From positions 7,670,473 through 7,723,492 of the forward strand of contig NC_057756.1 in NCBI RefSeq assembly GCF_004010195.1: a DNA stretch of 53,020 nt. The letters run 5' to 3'. Both the position numbers and the translations under genes were made by a program. The notes under the pieces were generated by a model. The model had not been told where the DNA came from. It did no database searches and was given only the letters and a program-made list of their open reading frames with translations. Positions 39,601 through 51,900 of this stretch are shown here, in pieces (position 1 is the first letter of the stretch; each line of letters opens with the position of its first letter). Origin of the DNA: Chiloscyllium plagiosum. Taxonomy: Eukaryota.

Positions 39601-42600
39601 NNNNNNNNNNNNNNNNNNNNNNNNNNNNNNNNNNNNNNNNNNNNNNNNNNNNNNNNNNNNNNNNNNNNNNNNNNNNNNNNNNNNNNNNNNNNNNNNNNNN
39701 NNNNNNNNNNNNNNNNNNNNNNNNNNNNNNNNNNNNNNNNNNNNNNNNNNNNNNNNNNNNNNNNNNNNNNNNNNNNNNNNNNNNNNNNNNNNNNNNNNNN
39801 NNNNNNNNNNNNNNNNNNNNNNNNNNNNNNNNNNNNNNNNNNNNNNNNNNNNNNNNNNNNNNNNNNNNNNGAAGAAGGGCTCATGCCCGAAACGTCGATT
39901 CTCCTGCTCCTTGGATGCTGCCTGACCTGCTGCGCTTTTTCAGCAACACACTGAAGGGAGCACTGGATTAAAACACGATGTAGAGAGAACACAGTGATGG
40001 GTGAGAAGAAGAGGGGGTAGGAGGAGTCGATGGACTGAGTGGTGTGTTTGTGTGATGTGAATGCCATTTTAACCCAAATGTTGAGGAATCTGATCCGCTA
40101 ACCTGTCCCACAGATAAAAGCATCAAATGCGGCTTCATGAGGATAGTCACTTTGAGCTGTAACAGAAAACAGAGAGATGGCGGTTAATTCATTTACCACA
40201 GTGTCTGTCACCCTGACTGATACCTCCCATCTATACACTGATTGACTCAGTCCCTCCTTTTTGTACACCAATACTCTTGGAAAAAGAACTTGACTGTTCA
40301 CCTTGTCTATGCCCCTCATGATCTTATAAACCTTTAAGGTCACCCCTCAACCCCCTCCCCTCCAGGGAAAGAAGCCCCAGCCTATCCAGTATCTCCTTAT
40401 AACCCAAACCTTCCAATCCCGGTAACATCTTTGTAGATCTTTTCTGTACCCTTTCCAATTTAATGCTATCCTCCCTATAACAGTGCTACCAGAGCTGTAA
40501 TGGTATTCTAAAAGTGACCTCACCAATGTCATGTACAGTCGCAAAATGACATCCCACCTCCTGTACCCAATACTCTGATCAACGAAGGCAAGTATGCCAA
40601 ATGCCTTCTTCATCACCCTGTCTACATGTGACACCACTTCAAAGGAAAAAAGTACCTGAACCCTTCGATGTCTTTGTTCAACAACACTTCCCAGGGCCCT
40701 TGACTTGCCTCACTAAAGTGCAACACCTTACATTTATCTAAACTAAACTCCATCTACCACTCCTCGGCCCATTGGCCCATCAGACCAAGATCCTGTTGTA
40801 CTGAGGTAACCTTCTTCACTATCCACTATACCACCAATTTTGGTGTCATCTGAAAACCCACTAACCACGCACCTTTTTTCTCATCCAAAGTGGTGGCAGA
40901 TGGAGTTTAATTCAGATAAATGAGAGGTGCTGCATTTTGGGAAAGCAAATTTTAGCAGGACTTATACACTTAATGGTAAAGTCCTAGGGAGTGTTGCTGA
41001 ACAAAGAGACCTAAAGAGACCTTGGCGTGCAGGTTCATAGCTCCTTGAAAGTGGAGTCACAGGTGGGTAGGATATTGAAGGCGGCGTTTGGTATGCTTTC
41101 CTTTATTGGTCAGAGTATTGAGTACAGGAGTTGGGAGGGCATGTTGCGGCTGTACAGGACATTGGTTAGCCCACTGTTGGAACATTGCTTGCAATTCTGG
41201 TCTCTTTCCTATCGGAAAGATGTTGTGAAACTTGAAAGGGTTCAGAAAAGAGTTACAAGGCTGTTGCCAGGGTTGGAGGTTTTGAGCTATAGGGAGAGGC
41301 TGAACAATCTGGGGCTGTTTTCCCTGGAGCATCGGAGGCTGAGGGGTGACCTTATAGAGGATAACAAAATTATGCAGGGCATGGATAGGATAAATAGGCC
41401 AAGTTTTTTCCCTGGGCTTGGGGAGTCCAGAAGTAGAGGGCATAGGTTTAGGGTGAGAGGGGAAAGATATAAAAGAGGTCTACGGGGCAACCTTTTCACA
41501 CAGTGGGTGGTATGTGTATGGAATGAGCTGCCAGAGGAAATGGTGGAGGCTGGTTCAATTGCAACATTTAGGAGGCATCTGGATGGGTGTATGAACAGGA
41601 AGGGTTTGGAGGGATATGGGCCGGGTGCTGGCAGGTGGGACTAGATTGGGTTGGGATATCTGGTCGGCATGGACGGGTTGGACCGAAGGGTCTGTTTCCA
41701 TGCTGTACATCTCTATGACTCTAAATGGTTGATATGAATGACAAAGGAGTCCCGTTCTCCTTAAACTCTTTGCCCAAGTTCTAGACATCCCCCATGAGAG
41801 GGGACATCAGTGTTCACTCTATCCAGACCCCGAGAATCTTACACATTTCAGTTCAATCACTTCTCCATCCCACATCCAATGGCTAAAGACCTAAGCTGTT
41901 CAACCTGTCCTCGTGGGATAACCCTTTCATCCTGTGAATGAGTGGAAAGAGACTTCCCTGAATTCATTCCAAAGCAATTCTATCTGTTCTGAAATGGGGA
42001 GGGACCAAACCTTATGGAGTTCCCCAGATGTCATCTAACCAACACCCTATTACAGCTGCAGTAAAACTTCCCCAATGTTTTTATCCCATTCCTCTTGCAA
42101 ATGGCCATAACATTTCGTGAGATTTTTCAAGCACTTATCATAGAACCCCTACACAGTGTTGAAGATGGCCATTCGGCCCATCGAGGCCACACCAACCCTA
42201 CAAAGAGCATTCCACCCAGACCTGATCCTCCTACCCTATCGCTGTAATCCTGCGTATCCCATGTCCAATTCACTTGACCTGCACATCTTTGGACTGTGGG
42301 AGGAAACCAGAGCACCCAGAGGAAACCCACACAGACACAGGGAGAGTGTGCAAACTCCACACAGACAGTCGCCCGAGACCGGAATCGAACCTGGGCCCCT
42401 GGCACTTTGAGACAGCAGCGCTAACCACAGCCACTATACCGCCCTGTAATACTCTCTAAGCGATCACGGTACAAATGATAAATTTCGCTGCCAAATTGTA
42501 TGCTCCCTTCATCCCAGTCACTGATATAGTTGAGAAATAATTAAGAACCGATCACTGGTCTTAGTGGTACTCTACCAGGGATAGCTAACCAGCTCAAAAC

Positions 42601-45600
42601 ATAAACATCTGTTCTCCTCTCTGCTTCCTGTAGGTTAAGCAATTCCTTATCTCTGAAAATATCTTAGTCTTGACACTATTCCTTCTTATTGTCTGTAGCA
42701 ACTTTTGATGTGGCTTTAACCAAGGGTAGGGTTTTCACGATGTAGATCTGTACGTCCCTCTCACCTCTTTGTTGCTCACTCTGTCTGTGTCTCTTTTTTT
42801 CCCTCTCCCTCCATCGTGGTTCTCCACCTCACTCATATTTTCTGTCCATCTCCCTATATCCTTCAGGCTATCTGTCTCCCTCCTTCAGTCCATCCAACCG
42901 TCCATCTCCCTCTGTCCTTATCCCTCTGACTTGCCTGTTCCTACATTGCCTGTCCATCCTTCTTCCCATTTCTCTCTTCCTCTCTGCCTCTTTCTCAGTC
43001 CATCTCTCTCCCTCCTTCCTTCCATCCTTCAGGCACTCTGCCTGTATTCCTGATGAAGGGTTTTTGCCCGAAACGTCGATTTTCCTGCTCCTCGGATGCT
43101 GCCTGACCTGCTGTGCTTTTCCAGCACCACTAATCCAGAATCTGTTTTCCAGCATCTACAGTCCTTGTTTTTACCTCCTTCCTTCCCTGTCTATCCATCT
43201 TCTTCCTTCACCCTCCGACTCTCTCATTCTCTAATTCTGCCTATCTCTCTGTGTCTGTCTATCCATCTGTCTGTGTCTTTGTCTGTCTGTCTGCCTCTCC
43301 GTCTGCCTATCTCTCGGACTCTCTGCCTGACAGTCTGTCTCTCTGTTTCCAGACCCTGAAGGGACGGGGAAAGGCAGTGACGTTACTCACAGTATCTCTG
43401 GCAGACTGCAGCGTGGTTCAATGTGGGTCCATGCTGGGCCAGGTCGATGAGCCGGCTAAACGAAAATGGAGCCAAGGACAGTGCAGACGGGTCAGCATTC
43501 AGACTGTGTTTCCATTCAGCATCCTTCCAAACCCTGCCCAACAGGCTGCCTCCCTCCCACAGCCCAGGCCAGGCTATGTGCAGGAACATCACCCCCACCG
43601 CTGCTCAATCTCTCACTCCGGATTCTTCCTGTTTTCAGGAGTCTGCGGAGAGGTTTCCCGGCCTCCACCCTCAGTCATCACCACCTCGACCATGCTTCCT
43701 CCATATTTAAAGGCACATTCACCCCGGACCCCATTCAGATTCGCAGGGACTCCCCGTCTCACATCAGCTTAATGTTAACATTCGGCCAATTAAATGTTCG
43801 CTTCCTCTGTGATCTCACCCCTCCCTCCCTATCTCCGTAACCCCCTCCAGCCCCTACACCCCTCCCTATCCCTGTAACCCCCTGCAGCCCCTACACCCCT
43901 CCCTATCTCTGTAACCCCCTTCAGCCCCTACATCCCTCCCTATCTCTGTACCCACACCAGCCCCTGCACCCCTCCCTATCTCTGNNNNNNNNNNNNNNNN
44001 NNNNNNNNNNNNCCCCTCCAGCCCCTACACCCCCTCCCTATCTCTGTAACCCCCTCCAGCCCCTACAACCCAGTGATTCCTAACTGCTCCGAACCTGGCC
44101 TCTTCCACATCCATTGATTCCCATCGCTCCATTGCAGCGGCCCCTTTAACCTCAGGAATGTCACCCCTGACCCTCTCTGCACTGCTCTCTCTTGTTCCCC
44201 CTATTAAGGGGGTGTCTCACAGCTAACACTGGCCTCTTTGACGAACGTTCGGTCATGCACTGGCACTGCCACCCTAATGCCACCAATTCCCAGGCGGTGA
44301 AAGTTTGACCTCTAACCTCATTGTGACCTGGGTTCCATTTACCTTTCAAGAGCAGCGTGAAGAGCGAAGAGATTAGGAATTCGGAGAGACAGAAACTCCT
44401 GTAAAACAAGAGGAAGGCACCATGTTTACCTGGATTCAACCCTCCAAACCTTCACACACACCCCCCCGTATCTGGGCAGCATGCTCTGTTCTGAAATGGT
44501 ACACTGTCGCATTGCCACCTCTGTCACTGTGGCACTGGGTCAGGATTGTTTGAGATAATTCACTGGCCACACATTGTCCACTATCTTTGCTGCATCTTGG
44601 GTTTGCCTGGTGACCACAAAGGAAGGGAAATGCCAAATTGGCCTTCAAAGCAAGAGGATCCAATATGTGTCTTGCAGAGATTCTTTCACTTGCAATCTAT
44701 TACCAACCTGATTTTCTCAGTCCACCTGCATATTGAAATCCCCCATGATCACTGTAACTTTACCTTTCCTACACCCCTTTTCAATCTCCTGGTGGATCTT
44801 GCACCCTAGCTCCTGGCTACTGTTTGGAGGCCTGTACGTATCTCTAATTAATGCTTTTTTATTCTTGCGGTTCCTCAATTCTACCCACAACAGATTCCAC
44901 ACCATCTGACCCTACTTCCTTTCTTACTGCTGAAGTAGTTTCATTTCCTACTCATTTCCTCTGCCCACCTGCCCATCTTTTTGATAGGATGTACATCCTT
45001 GAATATTCAGCTCCCAATCCTAATCCCCTTGCTGCCGTGATACCCACACGTCATACCTGCCGGTTTCAATCTGCGCCACAAGCTCATTTACCTTATTCCT
45101 TATACCGTATGCATTTAGATAAAACCCACTCAGTCCTGTATTAACTCTCCTCCTGCTCACTGTCACTGGTTTGTCCAGAATGCTTGAAGATTGATAGCTA
45201 ACCCTTTCCATACGCTCTGTCCAATTTGTGTCTGTGCTGAACATTTTAATAACCTCAAGAGTTCTGCACTGTTAACTCCTCCTTTAATTCAAGCTTTCTA
45301 ATTTCCCTGATCACTGCGCCTCCAAAAGTTATGCATTTACCTGCTTTATCTTATTGACTCTGTGCCAATTAGCCCATGACTCAGGTCGGAATCCGGAGAT
45401 TACCACCTTTTCGGTTCTGCTTTTTAATTGAACTTCTAGCTGCTCATGCTCCCTTAGCAGAACCTCTGCCCTAGTTTGTCTATGTTGTTGGAACCTACGC
45501 AGACCACAATCTTGCCCCTCCCACTCCAAGTTCCTCTGCAGCCCAGCTGAGAGATCCTGAACCTGAGCAGCAGGTTGGTAACACAACCCTGGGGACTCTC

Positions 45601-45884
45601 GATCCTGGTCACAGAGAACAGTGGCTCTGCCTCGAACTATTTTATCCCTAATTAAAACATTTCCCTTCTCTTCCCCCTGCTTGAATGGCTCCCTGCACCA
45701 CAGTGTTGCGGTCAGTCGGCTCATCCTCCCTCTGTCCCTACCATTCCTATATCTGGGGACATCTCCCACTCTCTCACTCTGATATCTGCAGCGATTTTCC
45801 TCCCCCCTATCCCACCCCCAACCCCTCTACCGAACAGGGGAGGTCGCTCTCTCCCTCCCTCCCACACTCCTATATCTAGGAAGG

Positions 45885-45918
<34 letters not shown>

Positions 45919-46072
45919 TCTCTCCCCTATAACTGGGGAAGTGCCTCTCTCTCTCTCCCTCACTCACTCACTCTCCCCTATAGCTGGGGAAGTCTCTCTC
46001 TCTCTCCCCCTCTCCCCTATAACTGGGGAGGTCGCTCTCTCCCTCCCTCCCACACTCCTATATCTAGGAAGG

Positions 46073-46106
<34 letters not shown>

Positions 46107-48899
46107 TCTCTCCCCTATAACTGGGGAAGTGCCTCTCTCTCTCTCCCTCACTCACTCACTCTCCCCTATAGCTGGGGAAGTCTCTCTCTCTCTCCCCCTC
46201 TCCCCTATAACTGGGGAGGTCGCTCTCTCCCTCCCTCCCACACTCCTATATCTAGGAAGGTCTCTCTCTCTCTCTCTCTCTCACACACTCCTATAACTGG
46301 GGAGGTTTCTCTCGCTCTGTCTCTCAGTCACAGTCCATGTATCTGGGAAGGTCTCTCTCTCTTTCTCTGTCACAGTCTCTCTATTTGGGCTGGCGGGTGA
46401 ATTCCTTACCTGTCTGGTCCTCTTGCTGATGTGTTTGGTGTCAAACACCGAGGGGAACAGCTTGTGGGTACTGGTCTTAAACTCAACAAAACTCTCTGAA
46501 AGGGAAACAGACGAACAGCTTCAGGCAGGGGGCACAGGGATGGCACAGCTGGAAAAGGACAGGGGAGAGCATGAGGTAGACTGGCACAGTGTGGCATGAG
46601 AGCAGGGAGACGCGAGTGGGAGAGAGGAAGAATGAGAAAGAAAGAATGACAGAAAGGGGGAGATAGAGGAGTGAGGAAAAGGAAAGACAAGAGGGAGAGA
46701 ACAAGGCATGGAATGGGGGGCCGACAGAAGACGGGCCAAGTGGCAAAGTGCTGTTTGACATGTCAAAGATAATCATCCACACAGTACCTGGTAGTGGTCG
46801 ATAAAACTTGTCGTGAAGGTACATCAGATCCAGGAGCATGTTATGTCCAATCAGAGGCTGTGGAGAGGAAAGTATCAGGTACGATAATTCACTCCATGTC
46901 AGCAGGGAACTGGGAAAAGAGGGAATGAAGCGAGAGCGAGAGAGAGAGCGAGCGAGCGAGCGAAATGGGGGGGGGGGGGGAGAGGAGTGACAGGGAAACA
47001 GAGACCGGCAGCCTGTGGGTGAGGAGGGATTGGGGAGAGAGCCTGGAAAACAGGGAGACAGAGAGCGCGGGGAGAGTCAGGGAAAGGGGAAAGTGAGATG
47101 TAGGAGTGAGGGGGCAGAGACAGAAAGGGACAAGGCGAGAAGAAAGAGGAGAGCGAGAGTGCGCAAGAGCATGAGACGATGCGTGAGAGAGCGTGAAAGA
47201 GCAAACTCTCTCTCTCCCCCTCTCTCAGCAGCAAAAATGTGCAACAAAAACAGCATTGAGACCCCTCCCCCCAACTCTTCTTTTAGAGAGACTCGCCCAC
47301 ATATTTCCCCAAGGACAGGGATAGAACGAGGTTAGATACACAGTAAAACTCTCTCCACACTGTCATAGAACGTGGAAGAGCACAGCACAGGAATGGGCCT
47401 TTTCGCCCACAATATTGGGCCAAACAGGACTCCAAATTAAACTAATCCCTTGGCCTGTCCTTAGTCCATTCCTTGCACATTATCTTACCTAAATGTCCCT
47501 TAAACCCCTTTTCGTATCTGCCTCCAGCACCATCCCTGGCAGCGCGTTCCAGACTCCTACCACGCTATGTAGAAAAACATGCCCCTCACACCTCTTTTGA
47601 ACTTTTCCCCTCTCACCTTAAATGCATGCCTCATAGTTTTAGATATTTTAACTCTGGAAAGATGATTCTGCCTGTCAACCCTATTAATGCATTGCAATTT
47701 TACAGACTATCAGTCTCCCCTCAGTCTGCCTCCAGCACCATCCCTGGCAGCGCATTCCAGATTCCTACCACGCTATGTAGAAAAACATGCCCCTCACACC
47801 TCTTTTGAACTTTTCCCCTCTCACTTTAAATGCATGCCTCATAGTTTTAGATATTTTAACTCTGGAAAGATGATTCTGCCTGTCAACCCTATTAATGCAT
47901 TGCAATTTTACAGACTATCAGTCTCCCCTCAGCCTCCGCTGCTCCTAAAAAAAAAATCTAGAGTTTTTCGAGCCTCTCGTTATAGTTCATCCTCTCTAAT
48001 CCAGGCTGCACCCTGGTAATCCTCTTCTGCACCCTCGCCAAAGTCTCCACATCTTTAAATGGGAGGGGGGTGGGGCTGGGGAGAAGGTAGCAAAGAATAC
48101 AAAGAGCTTTAGGGCAGAGGAGATGACTTGGGGGTTGCAGTGAGAGAGAGAGAGAGACTCACTGAGATTCTTGTGGAGAGAGGACGAGAACTTCTTCAAG
48201 GTAGGAATCCTTGCAAGAGGATTCGCACTAAGGTTAAAATTGGAGGCTCCCTGCCTCCATTCCTGATGAAGGGCTGAAACATCGATTTGCCTGCTCCTCG
48301 GATGCTGTGCTTTTCCAGCACCTATCTAATCTAGACTCTGGTTTCCAGCATCTGCGGTCCTCACTTTTGCCTAGCTGTGGTCCTAGCACTGGTCCCTGTG
48401 CTTATTCTGTCTGTCACATCCTGACAACCTGAAAATGCTACATTTATCTCAATCCTGTGTGTCCTACTGGAGAACCAATCCTCCGTCCACACAAACACCC
48501 TACCTCCCAGGTCACGAGGTTCGCTCCTGCCGCTCGGGACATATACCTTTTGGGATCTGATCAGCTCACGGAAGACTCGAGTAAAACCAAGTGCAGCCTC
48601 CAGCACCAGATCCACGCGACAACCATCTCTGAGCGAGTTCTCCAACTGTGCTCTTCTGGAGTAAGTGATCCTGTGAACGACAATCTGGGGAGGGGCGGCA
48701 AGAGAGAGGGGAGGAATGGCGAGTGGGGAGAGGCGGTGAGAGAGGGAGCAAGAGACAGAGAGATGGAGAGTGAGACAGAGAGAGAGACGCAAAGAGACAG
48801 AGAGATGGAGAGAGAACAAGGATGCACAGACAAGAGACAGTGGCAGAGATGTGACAATAAGGGAAAGGGAGACAGGTGGCCAGTGAGGAGAGAGAGTGT

Positions 48900-48947
<48 letters not shown>

Positions 48948-51900
48948 AAGGAGGGGAGAGAGAGAGAGGGTTGAAAGAACAAGAGAGGAGAAGGCAAGTC
49001 AGAAACATCGAACGAGATGCAAGAGAGAGAGAAAGAGACAGCGAAGGAGGAACACAGAGAAGGTTGGGTGGAGGGGGAGAAGAGAAGGGAGAGGGAGATA
49101 GTGTGGGGGGGGGGGAAAAAGAGAGAGAGAAGAGGAGAGATAGAGAGAGAGAGAGAGAGACACACACAGACAGTGAGGGAGAATGCGAAAAGCAGAGAGA
49201 GAGAGAGAGGACGAGGTGGCTTGTGATTGGGACAGAGGTTCCCCTCCCCCACACTACCCCCAACACATCCAACATGACCCCACACACGCTCCCCAGCATT
49301 AGCTCAGCAAGAGGTCCCTTCTCCCTCTCCTCCTTCACACCACCCATCAGCAACACGACTACAAACACCCAGCCTCAACCACCACCATACTTCCCTTGTC
49401 CCTCAGACAACACGTCATCTTGCAATCACTCGCCCACAGGTCATTGAAAGCCCGACTGGGAAGGATTGCACATTCCCATGAAAGGCCAGCTTCAGGCATC
49501 ATGACCCCACATAGACAGGGAGTTTTACCTCGTTCTGATCGTTCACTTCAGTCCAGATATTGGCCAGGGCTCTCCTCAACACCAGCTGCACCTCGAATAT
49601 CTGAAGACCTGTATCAGAGGGAGAACAGATTCATTTATTGAAACCACATCGCTCAATGCTAACCCTCCGACAGTGCGGCGCTCCCTCAGTATTGACTCTC
49701 CGACAGTGCGTCACTCCCTCAGCACTGACCCTCCGACAGCGCGGCGCTCCCTCAGCACTGACCCTCCGACAGTGAGGCGCTCCCTCGGCACTGACCCTCT
49801 CTCAATGTAGTGCTCCCTCAGCACTGTCCCCCCCGACAATGTAGCACTCCCTCAGCACTGACCCTCCAACAGTGTGGCGCTCCCTCAGCACTGACCCTCT
49901 GGCAGCGCAGCACTCCCTCAGCGTTAACTCACTGAGTGGGAGTGGGTGAAGTAATGAACTCAGTGGGGAGCTGTTTGAAGGGGGACAGCAGGGTGAAATC
50001 TGGGACGAGTGGCCTCCTCCTTTACTGAGCCTGAGGAGTGAGGTGGAGTTGGAAATGTGGAATGTACCGAGGACAGGTCATACCTCACAAACCTTACTGA
50101 ATTCTTTGAGGATGTAACAGAACACATTGATGAAAGTAGAGCAGCAAATGTGGTGTACTTGGCTTTTAGAAAGGTGTTTGACAAGGTTCCCCATGGTATG
50201 GTCATTCAGAAAGTAAAGAGGTATGGGATGCAGGGAAATCTGGGTTCAGAATTAGCTGGCCCATAGAAGACAGATGCTGGTGGCAGGCGAAATGTATTCA
50301 GCCTGGATCTCGGGGGCCAGCAGTGTTCCGCATGGTTTGGTTCTGGGACCTCTGCTCTTCGTGATTTTTTTAAATGACTTGGATGAGGAAGTGGAAGGGT
50401 GGCTTCGTAAGCTTGCCGATGACATGAAGGTTTGTGGAGTGGTGGATAGTGTGGAGGGCTGTAGCAAGTTGCAATGGGACATTGACAGGATGCAGAATCA
50501 GGCTGATAAGTGGCAGATGGAGTTCAACCTGGAGAAATGTGAAGTGATTCTCTTGGGAAGGTCGAATTCGAATGCAGAATACAGGGTGAAAGACAGGACT
50601 CTTGGCAGTGTGGAAGAACAGAGGAATCTTGGGCCCCATGTCCATAGATCTCTCAAAGTTGCCACCTAGGTTGATAGGGTTGTTAAGAAGGCGTATGGTG
50701 TGTCAGCTTTCATTCACAGGGGGATGGAGTTTAACAGCTGTGAGGTTATGCTGCAGCTCAATAGAATCCTGGTTGGACCGCACTTGGAATGTTGTGCTCA
50801 GTCCTGGTCGCTTCATTATAGGCAAGATGTGGAAGCTATAGACAGGGTGCAGAGGAGATTTATCAGGATGCTGCCTGGACTGGAGGGCATATCTTATAAA
50901 GAGCCACAGAGGTAGCTAGGGGTTTTCTCATTGGAACGAAGAAGGATGAGATGTGACTTGATAGAGGTATACAAAGGTGTTGAGGGGCATAGATAAAGTG
51001 GATAGTCAGGGATTTTTTCCAATGGCAGAAATATCTCTCACAAGGGGACACAATTTTAAGGTGATTAGAGGAAGGTTTCGTGGAGATGTCAGAGGTAGGT
51101 TCTTTACTCAGAGAATGGTGGGTACGTAGAACAGACTACCAGCGGTGCTAGTAGAGTCAGATACATTAGGGACATTTAAACGACTCTTGATTAGGCACAT
51201 GGGACATAGTACAATGATGGATATGTGGTTAGTCAAATCTTAGAGTAGGACAGAAGGACGACACAACATCGAGGGCCAAAGGGCCTATACTGCACTGTTT
51301 TATGTTCTTACCGGGAACGCTGGGCAGAGTGAGTGAATCTCCCTCCTGGGCGTGGACAACCCATTCCGAAACATCAGTTATCATCACCTTCAGCAGGTCC
51401 TTCAGTATGGAACTGCAAGAACACGTCGTGATGGGAATTATTCCAGGAATGGGACAAAGATTTTCCACACGTGAGAGTGTTCCACAGCTCAGCAACTCCT
51501 TTCAACAATCTCTCAGCTGGAGCAAATTAGCACACAGCAAGATCCCATAAATAGCAACTTGCTGATGACCAGCTGATCTGTTTGACAGGCACTCATTTTG
51601 TGGTAAATCCTAGTACAGGACAAGGGGAGAACCCTCAATGCAGTTTCAGAAACAGTGGGCTCCTTTAATTAGATTAGATTAGATTACTTACAGTGTGGAA
51701 ACAGGCCCTTCAGCCCAACAAGTCCATACCGACCCGCCGAAGCACAACCCACCCATACCCCTACATTTACCCCTTCCCTAAAACTACGGGCAATTTAGCA
51801 TGGCCAATTCACCTGACCTGCACATCTTTGGACTGTGGGAGGAAACTTTAGGGTCACGTCAAGACAGCAGACAGTAACTCTGACACTGTGACACTCCCAT

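Noticed and set aside
38855-40067. Long ORFs of 356 and 390 aa (also 26896-27693 and 627-1079)
   Set aside because: They merely span N gaps.
41027-41644. 205-aa ORF as a host gene
   Set aside because: It is the C-terminus of CR1 ORF2.
48361-49368. 335-aa ORF and overlapping long ORFs
   Set aside because: Produced by GA/CT microsatellite; only 48547-48684 is a real exon.
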